In this document: one piece after another, positions 51,655 to 63,342 of the stretch | Layout of the letters: the number at the start of each line of letters is the position of its first letter | Numbering within the stretch: position 1 is the first letter of the stretch | NCBI RefSeq assembly: GCF_006345805.1 | Contig: NC_043014.1 | Span: forward strand, 32,302,001-32,366,000 | DNA length: 64,000 nt | Source of the DNA: Octopus sinensis | Lineage: Eukaryota | Direction of reading: 5' to 3' | Program-made: the position numbers and the translations under genes | Notes under the pieces: generated by a model | The model's input: the letters and a program-made list of their open reading frames with translations, nothing else | Database searches by the model: none | Told to the model about the DNA's origin: nothing

Positions 51655-51897
51655 GGGTCAAACCGGTTCAAAACATGGCACAGCCAATACATGTCTATTT
51701 TTCATTGTCCAAACAGGAAAAGATGACACTTTACTATCTAAACATATACGGAAACTAAAGAGAGGGTGTGGAGAGGGGAGGCCGGTATGTATGGGCAACT
51801 GCTGGTCTTCCATAAACAACCTTGCCTGGACTTGTGCCTGGGAAGGCAACTTTCTAGGTGTAATCCCATGGTCAGTCATAACCGAAAGGGGTCTCAG
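51655..51897 (-). mobile_element. SINE family D tail inserted into the PLE endonuclease
   Basis: Reverse complement of 54591-54790 sequence. Confidence 0.8.
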
Positions 51898-52665
51898 ATA
51901 TTATTCTAGACAAATAGATACATATAATTTCATGATGTTATCTATACAATCCAATGAATGCATGAAGATTATGCAATTTTCCTTAAGTATATCCATCTAT
52001 AAGGTGAAGTAAAGAGGTATAATCAATATCTAGATATAGCAATATATATACATATCCACACACAGATATACATCAAGAACATAATGCATCAACCAACCCA
52101 GGAATTGAAAACATGATCTTCTGATCAAGGGTGCAACAGCCTAACTACAAAGAAAGCCACACACCCACCCTTGACATGACTACACAGACTGACACACATG
52201 TGTGTGTGGCAAATCATTTGAGTTCATTTAGAGATAAAAAATAAAAGATTTCAAACAAGACTTAGTAAATTAACCTGGTTTATTAAAGACAAACAAAGAC
52301 TATACAATCAAATGGAAATTAATTTGTACTTCAAAACCATTATAGAACTGAAACAAAAAAATGTGACCTATGTTCAGAAGAATTTTACCAGATTTTTACA
52401 TCCACAGGTAATTGTAATAGATTCTAAACAGAAATAAACTTTGAGATGCTTGCACATGAGGATTCCTCATGTTTATTATTCCTATAAATGAATAATAAAT
52501 ATTTAAACAACAGAATGTTTTGAAACAATGGACTATAAGTGATTATCCAATCGAAACTTGAATTAGAGATTGTTTGCGTCTAACTTAACAAACAACTCTA
52601 CATCATATAATGCAGAGTAGATAAAAGAAAAAAATTAAACAGTTAAATTGAAGGATATTGAGTGA

Positions 52666-52751
52666 AGACCCTGAAGAAACTGCATTGGTATTACAGTAAG
52701 GTTGCAATTGCAATGGTTACTAATTGTCACAGTTGAAACATGTGTAGGTCT
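52666..52751 (+). ncRNA. Type I hammerhead ribozyme with greatly extended stem II
   Basis: agacc-CUGAAGA-aacug[47 nt]caguu-GAAA-c(augu)g-UA|ggucu: 5-bp stem I and 5-bp stem II base; the insert folds (aguaa/uuacu, uugcaauugcaa). Confidence 0.82.
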
Positions 52752-52849
52752 ATGTAAAGCTATATATATATATATATATATATATAAAAGTAATGCTATG
52801 TAACTTTGTAATAATCCTTATTATTATTGTTGTTGTTGATATATATATA

Positions 52850-53110
52850 TAAATAAATTAATTAAAATCTTAGGGTAGCAAGAATATTCATCGAAAAATT
52901 CTTAGTTACAGTGGTCTAGCGAGAAAGAAAAAAATCAGTCAATAGACTATATACGCTAGAAATAGATGTCAAATCACCTTATATATTTTTTAATAATATA
53001 TTTTTTACATTTTGGTGTTTACTGGGTTTTTTCTTGAGAACACACTCTTTGTGGTAAGGCGATTTGACGTCTATCTCTAGCATATAGGAATCCACTTTAG
53101 TGGTCATTCC
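52850..53110. repeat. PLE-associated terminal repeat with a 30-bp inverted repeat; same family as 63780-64000
   Basis: 52951-52980 is the reverse complement of 53056-53085; gagaacacactctttgtgg..ggcgatttgacgtctat.tctagcat recurs at ~63841-63890. Confidence 0.72.
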
Positions 53111-53159
53111 GCTTATTAATTGTAATATATATATATATATATAAATGTATTTATATAAT

Positions 53160-53290
53160 GGACTTTTTGCAATTTCAGTCTGTCAAATCCAACCTGAGGC
53201 TATGAAAGAAGACTCTTGCCCAAAGTGCCACACAGTGGAACTGAATCTGAAACTCTGAGATTGGGAAGCAAACTTCTTAATCAGACAACC
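53160..53290 (-). mobile_element. SINE family A head, degenerate
   Basis: gaagactcttgcccaaagtgccacacagtggaactgaatc. Confidence 0.75.
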
Positions 53291-53553
53291 ATAATACGTT
53301 TATGTATAATTACAAATGGATATATTTATGTGTGTACATACATATCCATGTGTCTGTGATTTAGTGTATAAGTGTGTCTGTGTATCAATATGTGTGCACA
53401 TAAGTTTGTATTGATACTTGTACAATTAAATGCGTCATTATATATAAATAGATATGCATGTGCTTCCTTCTATATTTCTGTGTTTATATAAATATGAAAT
53501 CTATTGATACATGCATGTGTATGAGTGACTGCTTATGTAGGTTTGTCTGCATC

Positions 53554-53585
<32 letters not shown>

Positions 53586-53701
53586 TATGCATGCATGTAT
53601 ATATATATAAATATATATATATATATTCATATACATAGGTATATATGTATATGTGTGTGTTTGTCTCTCTCTCTCTCTTCTCTTTCTCTCTCTCTTTCTC
53701 A

Positions 53702-53767
<66 letters not shown>

Positions 53768-54198
53768 TATATATACATATATATATACACGTTTATTTAT
53801 TTATTTATATACAAATATATATACATACATGTATTTCATCTAATATACATCCTTTACATTCCTTTGTTGAAATTCCCTTGTAAGAATTGATTATTGTTTG
53901 CAAATAGGAACGAACCACCATAATTACTTCAAGAACTGAACATTTGCAAGACAGAAAGGAAGAACTAGAAAAGTTTTTTTAGTATGTGGTTGTTTTTGTT
54001 TATGTTTAGAAAGAATGGCTCTGTGTGTGTGTGTGTGTGTGTGTGGACATACGTTATTGTATTTGTATGTGTGTAAGGGAGAATGTGTTTATCTAAGCAT
54101 GTATATGGATTATTTTTTTTATTGATTTATAAAAATTATTTAAATATTTTTTTATAAGTCCTTTCCTTTATGTTTTTTTTTTTTGCAGAGAAGATATT

Positions 54199-54232
<34 letters not shown>

Positions 54233-54590
54233 ACACACACACACACATCCAAGCAAACAAGTACACACATATATATACAGAATTACTCAGACACCTGTAC
54301 AAAACACATAAATACATATGTGTGTGTGTATACACACACACACTCAGATATACATATATATATATACATGCATCGAGAGAAACAGACAGTGATATACTTG
54401 CTCATACACACATGTGAATATGTAAAAATATATATAATAGGTATGTGTGCATGTGTATCTATTCAATATGTGTGTGTGTGTGTGTGTGTACATACATACA
54501 TGCCTGCATACATACATACATACATACATACATACATACATACATACATACATACATACATACATACATACATACATACATACATACATA

Positions 54591-54918
54591 GGGTAAAGAC
54601 CCCCTTCGGTCATGAATGACCATGGATTGCACCTAGAAAGTTACCTTCCTAGACACAAGTCCGGGCAAGGTTGTTTTATGGAAGACCAGCAGTCGCCCTT
54701 GCATACCAGCCTCCCCTCTCCACGCCACCAGTGTTATCCAAGGGAAAGACAAAGGTCGATACAGCTTGGCACCAGTGACGTTGCAACTCATTTCTACAGC
54801 TGAGTGAACTGGAGCAACGTGAAATAAAGTGCCTTGCTCAAGAACACAACACGCAGCCCGGTCTGGGATTCGAGCTCACAACCTCACGATCGTAAGCTCG
54901 ACGCTCTAACCACTGAGC

Positions 54919-54921
<3 letters not shown>
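54591..54921 (-). mobile_element. SINE family D, near consensus
   Basis: CpG-rich; tRNA-like head at 54860-54921 on the minus strand. Confidence 0.93.
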
Positions 54922-54996
<75 letters not shown>

Positions 54997-55089
54997 TATA
55001 TATAGTTGAAATTTACAGAAAAAAAGCAAAGACTGGTGTATAATCAACAAGCAGGTGTATTAGTGTGATGCTCAGAAAGGTGAGAAAGT

Positions 55090-55125
55090 CTTTTATGTTT
55101 CGAGCCTATGCTCTTCAGCAGAAAG
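55090..55125 (-). ncRNA. Ultra-minimal hammerhead-like motif (variant core, no stem III)
   Basis: Minus strand cuuu-CUGCUGA-a-gagc(auag)gcuc-GAAA-CAUA|aaag: 4-bp stems I and II; A6 is C; CAUA is probably from palindromic CGUA. Confidence 0.6.
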
Positions 55126-55523
55126 GAACAAGAGGAAATAATAAACACAGAGAGAGAATTAAAAAAAGCTTGTGGATTTAGTGATCACACACACACATAT
55201 AATTATACATATATGAAACTAGCTGAGTCCTCTTCACATTACTGAAAGTTTTATCGGTGTAGATAGAATTCACAATCAAAAGATATGCATGCACTACTTC
55301 AATGAACGATGAAAACTTTTGAAAACTTTGCGTAGGTCTCTGAGTAGATATCACCAAGCTTTTGACAAAATTTAATGTAGATTCTCTGCTCAACTGTCAC
55401 AGTCACGGTTAGTGTGACAATCACACACTACATACGCTCCTTCCAAGCATTGCTGTAAACAGCAGAAATGAGCTAGAACGTTAAAACTTAGTGCACACGC
55501 ACAGTAAAGTACAAGGTCAATCT

Positions 55524-55845
55524 GAAGGCATGTGGCTTAGTGGTTAGGGCATTCAGCTCACGATTGTAAGGCCGTGAGTTCAACTCCTGGCGACTCGTTG
55601 TGTTCTTGAGCAAGACACTTTATTTCACATTGCTCCAGTCCACTCAGCTGGCAAAAATGAGTTGTACCTGTATTTCAAAGGGCCAGCCCTGTCACACACT
55701 GTGTCACGCTGAATCTCTCTGAGAACTATGTTATAGGTATACATGTTTGTGGATTGTTCAGTCACTTGCACGTTAATTTCACGAGCAAGCTGTTCTGTTG
55801 ATTGGATCAGCTGGGATCCTCATTGTTGTAACTAACAGAGTGCTC

Positions 55846-55846
<1 letters not shown>
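55524..55846 (+). mobile_element. SINE family D head with tail G
   Basis: tggcttagtggttaggg..gagttcaactcc; gttcttgagcaagacactttatttcac; tail G. Confidence 0.9.
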
Positions 55847-55888
<42 letters not shown>

Positions 55889-56182
55889 TCATGCATGCAT
55901 AAGCACTTGTGCATGTGCATGCATACTAGTATGCATATGTACATGCATGTGAATATACATATGTACATATGAATGAATACAGATGTGTATGTGTGTGTGC
56001 ATGTATGTTTGTGCATGTGTATGTATGCATGTGTATGTGTCCTCCACGTGGTCAATTTCCTGTTCGCTATGTAGTATTTTCTAACTAACTGTTACCTATA
56101 TACCAACATCAAACCACAACACTGCATGACCTTACTCGACCAACTGCAGCCCACCTTACAGTAATAACAATCAGCTTCTGTC

Positions 56183-56249
56183 ATTCAAATTCAAAATGGC
56201 TGATGACTAGCATCATGCTTGAAACTCAAGGTTACCAACGAATTTGAAT
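56183..56249 (+). ncRNA. Type I hammerhead ribozyme, stem III decayed
   Basis: auucaaauuc-aaaa-ugg-CUGAUGA-cu-agca(uca)ugcu-u-GAAA-cucaagguua|cca-ac-gaauuugaau; perfect 10-bp distal stem I. Confidence 0.62.
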
Positions 56250-56507
56250 CAATCTTTCAGGCTCAAATATACAGCATGGTTGGTCACTTTTGAAGAAAAA
56301 AGCAGAAAAACAGATAAGATGAGAGGAAGGTAAAGGAAAGAAATGGAATGCAAAAAAAGGAGAGAGTTAAGGGTTCCATCCGTTTGGCTTGTTTGAATCA
56401 GAATTAACATGGTTGGTGTAAATCGGTTTGACAGGTAGAAGACCAAAGTTTGTGAGACTGCCTGTGTGTGAGTGTTTACATGTTTATATGTATATATATT
56501 CTTTTCT

Positions 56508-56920
56508 TTCTTTTTCTTTTACTTGTTTCAGTCATTTGACTGCGGCCATGCTGGAGCACCGCCTTTAGTCGAGCGAAATGACCCCGGGACTTATTCTTTG
56601 TAAGCCCAGTACTTATTCTATCGGTCTCTTTTTACCGAACCGCTAAGTTACGGGGACGTAAGCACGCCAGCATCGGTTGTCAAGCAATGCTAGGGGGACA
56701 AACATAGACACACAAACACAGACACATAAATATATATATATATATATACATATATACGACAGGCTTCTTTCAGTTTCCGTCTACCAAATCCACTCACAAG
56801 GTATTGGTCGGCCCGGGGCTATAGCAGAAGACACTTGCCCAAGATGCGATGCAGTGGGCCTGAACCCGGAACCATGTGGTTGGTTAGCAAGCTACTTACC
56901 ACACAGCCACTCCTGCGCCT
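56508..56920 (-). mobile_element. SINE family A, near consensus
   Basis: CpG-rich full-length copy. Confidence 0.94.
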
Positions 56921-56922
56921 AT

Positions 56923-56977
<55 letters not shown>

Positions 56978-57069
56978 ATGTGTGTATGTGTAATATAGAC
57001 TGTGTATTTAAATGAAGCTACATGGAAAGTTGACCCACATTACATTATGGTTATAGATTTTTTTTGTAA

Positions 57070-57630
57070 GTCTTAATGCCATATTGTTAAAGTTTGCAAT
57101 TCTACCATATTTCTTCGGTTGAGATGCTGGAAATCTTTCTACTATTGAATGATTATTAAGAATTGTAGGGCTGCAGTAAAAGATCATGACATAAAGGAGC
57201 TTTTCTTTTTCTTTTTCATTCTGTGTACAGTTTGTTTTTACTGCATTGAAATCTAAGTATCTAGGAAGTTAATTGATGCTATGTTTGCAGTTGCAGTGAC
57301 ATTAGATTACAGTTTTTTTACAGTACTATTTATATCTTCTTTCCTTGTTTTATCTAAATTATGTCCCATTTTGTTAGATGTATCTAAACCATCATCTCCA
57401 TAAAAGCCAATGTCTAAAGTGTTAAATCTAGATTTAAGATTATTTAGAATGAATAGTGGAATACAGACTTTAGTTTCATCAAAATAGTTCATCATGATAT
57501 ATCAAAGGAATCATTAGTGTCTTTCACTAATCAAAAGCCTTTGTTGAAAATCAGTGAATTTCTGTCCAGCAAGGTTATGTCAGCATTAACAATATCACAA
57601 TGTTTCAATCTAAATGACTAGTCCCCGCTG
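57070..57630 (-). mobile_element. Penelope-like RT fragment
   Basis: RNSLIFNKG..SFDISM..; ORF 57307..57495 LFILNNL..IGFYGDDGL..GHNLDKTRK; then NFLD. Same type as the element at 50690. Confidence 0.78.
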
Positions 57631-57910
57631 AGAAGAGATTGGATCTTGATAGAATTCGACAGATATACATGCTTACACATATACACACTCATATAGTACA
57701 TCTCTCTATATATCTGTGTGTGTGTGTGAAGGATAGGAGCACAGTAAAGTGCAACGCACAACCAAAATCAAGTTTAGTAGTGAATACCACACTCCACTCC
57801 AGTATCCAGTGCACAATGCAGGGTGCCAAACATGGGATTGACTAGGGTGCAGAATATGAGCCAAGTAATAAGTAGAAAACAAGTGTGGTATTAAAAGCCT
57901 TATAGGACAT

Positions 57911-58058
57911 ATACATATTTCATCAAAATGCCAAAATGATTACATAACCATGGTAGAAATATTATGCAATAATACATTTCACCTCATCAGTATCTATGAT
58001 TGCATAATAATTCTATTATGGTAATGTAATTATTTTAGCATTTTGATGAAATATGTGT
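57911..58058. repeat. Fold-back inverted repeat, 60-bp arms and 28-nt loop
   Basis: 57911-57970 pairs with 57999-58058. Confidence 0.9.
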
Positions 58059-58418
58059 TTTATAAAGCTTTTCTGCTTACTTGATTTTTTCTATATATTT
58101 ATATGTATGCATGTATGCATGTATGCATGTATGCATGCATGCATGCATGTATGTATGTACGTATGTATGTATGTATGTATGTATGTATGAATGTATATAT
58201 GTATGTATATATGTTTATTTTTTTTCTATTATATATCTTTATAGTCACCAGACCCCAAAACAGTTGTTTTACAAATCATTAAGAGAGGCTATTGAACCAA
58301 GAAGATTTACTCACATGCAACAATTCTAGTAATTTGGAATAAAACCTGTTCATCCCATATTCTCATGTTAAAATTCCTTTGTACAAACTCTACAGATATT
58401 CACAGATTTCCTCATATA

Positions 58419-58926
58419 CAGTCGTGGCCAAAAGTTTGGAACATTGGTCTGAAAATTAGAATTTTTATATTAAATGCGTAATGTACTAGCTTCTAGTTAT
58501 TAAAAGTAAGCAATTTGGTCTAGAACTATATTTTTGATTTTAGCTCTTTTTTCTTCTAAATATTGAACCATTATATCAGTTAGTTAGTTAGTTAGTTAGT
58601 TAATTTGGCTCAAAAGCAAATAGCAAGGCCATGTAGGGGGACATGGAGTTAAGTACAGGGTGGTGTTCATGTAAAGAGTTCAGGCCACTTGAGGTCCAGG
58701 GAGGCTTTGAACAAAGCGGTCGTCGGCATCTTTACCATCTCGTCTGGCAGCTTGTTCCACGGATCCGCAACCCGGACGGAGAAAGCTCCTCTCCTTCGAT
58801 TGAGATGAAATCGTCGCAGGTAGAGCTTTTGGTAAGTATAGCTCTATGTTGTATATATTTGAGTAGATTTGTACTTGGGCATAATTTTGATTTTTAAAAA
58901 GTGTTCCAAACTTTTGGTCACAACTG
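58419..58926. mobile_element. Tc1-type MITE with TA TSD, containing a nested CR1 3' end
   Basis: 25-bp TIRs cagtcgtggccaaaagtttggaaca / tgttccaaacttttggtcacaactg (2 mismatches); TA at 58417-58418 and 58927-58928. Confidence 0.93.
58578..58833 (-). mobile_element. Young 5'-truncated CR1 LINE with (TAAC)n tail
   Basis: Uninterrupted LYLRRFHLNRRRGAFSVRVADPWNKLPDEMVKMPTTALFKASLDLKWPELFT*, a short 3' UTR, and a tail at 58578-58602. Confidence 0.92.
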
Positions 58927-59046
58927 TATATCTCGTAAAAGAAGAAATCCTACAGAATAATAGCACTTAATAGGTGATATGTATAGAAGAGCCTTGGAAA
59001 AAATACTACACACACACACATGTGTGTGTGTGCTTGTGTATTTCTG

Positions 59047-59352
59047 TTTGTGTGTGTGGAGCCACTTGGCCTAATGGTTAGGGGTGTTGCACTCAAGTTC
59101 ATGAGGTCATGCTTTCGATTCCCAAACTGGCTGCACAGCATTGTGTCTTTGAGCGAAACACTTCAATTCACTCCAGTCCACTCAGCTGTAAATGGGTTAC
59201 AAATTGATGGTTTAGCCTTGTGATCAAGGGACATGTTTGCCTACTCTCTTAGCCAGTAGGGTGGTAGCATTCAAAAGCTAAAGCAATGCAAAGTGCATTG
59301 TGATTAGCAATGTATAACAACATCTGATAATCTGGTTAATCATGTAATCACA

Positions 59353-59355
<3 letters not shown>
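59047..59355 (+). mobile_element. SINE family D head with a third tail type
   Basis: ttggcctaatggttagggg..gctttcgattccc; ttgtgtctttgagcgaaacac..cagtccactcagctgtaaatgg; then a tail found only here in the window. Confidence 0.8.
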
Positions 59356-59389
<34 letters not shown>

Positions 59390-59689
59390 TAGATAGATAG
59401 ATAGATAGATAGGTAGACAGATATATATATATATATAATATATATATATATTATATATATATATATACATATTAATGTTTATATGTGTATATGTATAACG
59501 AGAAAGGAGTGCTCAATACAAGTTGCAGGTGTTATGACTTTTTTGCCTATTATAGTCTGTCTATAAGTGTATGCCTGTTGAATTCTAACTTTTATGAAAC
59601 TTGATCTGTGAGACAAGACTCTCAGTTTCAGTTTTAATAGTGTGTGTGTGTGTGTGTGTGTGTACACATATATATACTTTTAATCTTTT

Positions 59690-59852
59690 ATTCTTTTACT
59701 TGTTTCAGTCATTTGACTGTAGCCTCCCAGGACTTATTCTTTGTAAGCCTAGTACTTATTCTATCATTCTCTTTTGATGAACCACTACAGGGACATAAAC
59801 ACACCAGCATCGGTTGTCAAGTGATGTTGGGGCAACAAACACAAACACACAA

Positions 59853-59923
<71 letters not shown>

Positions 59924-60075
59924 TACGACAGGCTTCTTTCGGTTTCCGTCTACCAAATCCCCTCACAAGGCTTTGGTCAGCCCAAGGCTATAGTAGAAGA
60001 CACTTTTCCAAGGTGCCACAATGTGAGACTAAACCCGGAACCATGTGGTTGGTAAGTAAGCTACTTACCACAGAG
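59690..60075 (-). mobile_element. SINE family A with small internal deletion
   Basis: Homologous to 56508-56920. Confidence 0.9.
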
Positions 60076-60094
60076 CCAGATAGATAGATGGTTG

Positions 60095-60245
60095 TGTATA
60101 ATGTATAACAATGTATATTAGTGAAAGATGGGTATGGAATATGGAGGATATATGTGATGGATGAAAAGACATGAGGTGAGCAGACTCAGGTGGAAGTGAT
60201 CTGCAAGAGAGAAGACTAAAGAAAACATGGGACGAAGTGGTGATT
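60095..60245 (+). mobile_element. Highly decayed RTE ORF2 C-terminal fragment
   Basis: aagaaaacatgggacgaagtggtg = KKTWDEVV, as at 45190. Confidence 0.55.
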
Positions 60246-60529
60246 ATGATGATGATGATGAGGAGGAGGAGGGTGAGGGGAGGAGGAGAATGGTGGTAGT
60301 AATGATGATAATAATAACAATGATGATGATAGTGATGTTGTTCTTAAAGCCTAGGTCAGCATTGATTGAGTAGACTAACCTTAATGAGATATCTTTTCTT
60401 TCTGAAACTTTGCATTACATTATTCAACCTGTCCCTTCATTATTGGGTGTGGTAAGATGAGATTTTGTTTTAGGGAAATTTGGTTGCTATCTCTAGCTGG
60501 TCTACTGACTGCATAAAGGTTCTCTAATT

Positions 60530-60951
60530 AAATTGTGATGATGATGATGACAATGACGACGACGACGACAATGATCATGATGATGATGATGACAACAATG
60601 ACAAACCTGACTGTTGCTTCAGTTCATCGGGAGGAGGAGAAAGAGCAGAAGGAGAAAGCACAGTAGGTGAATTAGGGGAAGGAAGAGAAGGAGAAGCAGA
60701 AGAAAAGAAGAAGAAAGAGGAGAAGAAGAAGACGAAGAAGAAGAAGAAGAAGAAGAAGAAGAAGAAGAAAGGGGAGCTAAAGAAGCAGCAGGACGATGAC
60801 AACAGGATGAGATGAGGTTGGCCTCTCCATGGCAGTAGTGGTGGTGGTGATGGTAGACATGGTGTCAGCAGTGATGGTGGTGACAATGATGATGATGTTA
60901 TGATGATGACGACGACGATGATGACAGCGATGATGATGATGACAATGATGG

Positions 60952-60990
<39 letters not shown>

Positions 60991-61260
60991 CAACGACGAC
61001 AACAGTGATGATGATGACGACAATGACTACAACAACAACAACAACAACAATAATAAGGATGATGATGATGATGATGATGCTGACGACAACAACAGCAACA
61101 ACAATGATGATGATGATGATGATGACGACGACGTCAGTGATGATGATGACGACAACGACTACAACAACAACAACAACAACGACAATAATAAGGATGATGA
61201 TGATGATGATGATGATGATAACGACAATGACGACGATAATGGTGATGATAAGTTGAATGA
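60530..61260. repeat. (GAA)n, (GAT)n, (CAA)n compound microsatellite
   Basis: Direct; source of ORF 60575..61288. Confidence 0.95.
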
Positions 61261-61744
61261 AGTCAGGGCAGAATAAATCAACCATCAAACAACAAAAGCA
61301 TCAATATTGAACAGACGCAGGTGTGTTCAGGTGAGTGAGCTAAACATTGTTCATTGAGCAAAATGAGTCAACCAAATGCATCAAAGAATTAAAGTATCAG
61401 CTATTGTACAGGTAAAAACACATGCACAGTAAGTAAATGGGTGGGGGGGGAGGTGGGGGAGGAAGCATGTAGCAACAAGAGAAGTCAGTTGTGGTGATCA
61501 GGGTCAGAGTAAATGGTCGGTAATGGGGCGAAAGAAAAGGGCTTTGTGGAAAAGAGAAAAGGAGAAATAATATTGAGACAAGTAAAAGAAAATATGGAAG
61601 GAACAGGAATGAGAAAGAGGAAGAGAGAGAAGGAAAGGATTAGAACAAAATGTAGTGGAGAAGGGAGTAGGAGGACGGATAATAATAGGCTGGGTATCTA
61701 TCATCATCGTCATCAACATCATCTTTATCATCATCATCATCTTT

Positions 61745-61776
<32 letters not shown>

Positions 61777-61834
61777 TATCATCATCATCATCATCATCAT
61801 CCTCCTCCTCCTCCTCCTCATCATCATCATCATC

Positions 61835-62895
61835 TTTATCATCATCATATAAGGTCCGTTTTCCATGCTGGCATGGGTTGGACAGCTTGACAGGGGTTGG
61901 AAAGGCCAGGGAGTCACATTAAGTTCCATAGTCCATTTTGGTTTGCTTTCTACAGCTGGATGCCAATTCTAATACTAATTACTTTACAGAGTGTATTGGG
62001 TGCTTTTTGCATGCTCCAGTCATTAGTGCTTTTTATGTGGGACCATCACCAGTATATTTTGCATGGTATTAACACCAGCACATTTTATGTAGCACCATCA
62101 CTAGTACATTCTATGTGGAACCATCACCAGTACATTTTATGTGACACCTGCACCAGTGCTCTTTATATGGCACCATCACCAGTACTTTTTATGAAGAACC
62201 ATCCCCAGTACTTTTTATGTGGCGCCATCACCTACTTTTTAAGTGGAAGCCACACCAGTATTTTTTATGTGGCTGCAGCACCAGTACTTTTTGAGGCAGC
62301 AACACTAGCACATTTTGAGTGGCACCATCACCAGTACTTTTAATATGGCACCAACACCAGTGCTTTTTATGTGCAGCAGCAACAGAACATAGTATGTGGC
62401 AGCAACACCAGTACATTTTGTGTGCCACCATTACCAGTACTTTTTATGTAGCACCATCACCAGTACTTTTTATGTGGCACCAGCATCAGTGATTTTTATG
62501 TAACAGCAGCACCAGAAATTTTGTGGCACCATCACCAGTACTTTTTATGTGACACCGTCACTAATGTCCTTTATATGACACCATCACCAGTGGGACCATC
62601 ATCAGTAATTTTTTTATGACATCATCACCAGTGCTTTTTATGTAGCACCATCACTAGTGCTTTTTTATGTGACACAATCACCAGTGCTTTTTTAGTAGCA
62701 CCATCACTAGTGCTTTTATGTGACATCATCACCAGTGCTTTTTTATTTGACTCCATCACCAGTGCATTTTATGTGGCACCATCACCAGTGCATTTTATGT
62801 GGCACCATCACTAATGCTTTTTATGTGGCACCATCACTAGTGCTTTTTATGTGGCACTATCACCAGTACTTTTTTGTGGCACCATCACTAGTGCT
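61835..62895 (-). mobile_element. RTE 3' UTR whose ~26-bp seed repeat has expanded to roughly 30 units
   Basis: RTE tail at 61835-62000, then a GTGCTTTTTATGTGGCACCATCACCA array at ~62030-62895. Confidence 0.9.
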
Positions 62896-63342
62896 TTCAT
62901 ATCCAATACATTTCACTACATACACATACATAGGGATACATATTATTGTTTTAACATCTACCTTCCCATGTTTGCATGGGGCAGATCAAGATTATCTGAA
63001 GCAGACTATTTATGGCTGGGTGCACTTCATATCACCAACCGTCACCTATTTTCAAGCAAAACAATATTTCTTCATGGCCAGACAAGTTTTCACAGAATAT
63101 TGGATATGAATGACACAGCTTGTATGACAGTGACACTCATTTATGAATATTATCTAATGTTACGACAAGGAGACAAAAACATACAGACACATGCATGCAA
63201 GCACACACACACACACACATGAATACATATACATGTTTATATATGTGTATATGTGTATGTATATATATATATATGTGTGTGTATTCAAATTATGATGAAA
63301 GTAAACAAAGTTTGCTTTAGAAGCTTTGCGATGTATAGAAAG

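Larger units (their letters stand above)
50690..52762 (+). mobile_element. Near full-length decayed Penelope-like element (RT + GIY-YIG + terminal hammerhead)
   Basis: Motifs in order: SLLFHNN..KK..DVGM.S..AEV..IGLYVL; SLYRDDG; VNFLDCTLDL; KIIWFNP; TYIG; HLSSF..LSK..W..YTIKWK..KKCDLC..CLH. HHR at 52666, then (TA)n. Confidence 0.85.

Noticed and set aside
55178-55393. hAT dimerisation-domain-like peptide (LLIVNSIYTDKTFSNVKR)
   Set aside because: Similarity is weak, the ERxFS motif is not retained, and there are no TIRs or other transposase pieces nearby.
57975-57992. TTTC-acc-TCATCAG (minus-strand CUGAUGA..GAAA); similar at 16535-16552
   Set aside because: Only 3-5 nt are available for stem II, so it cannot fold as a hammerhead.
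61438-61462. G-quadruplex-capable G-run cluster
   Set aside because: Short low-complexity G tract with no functional context; common in such genomes.
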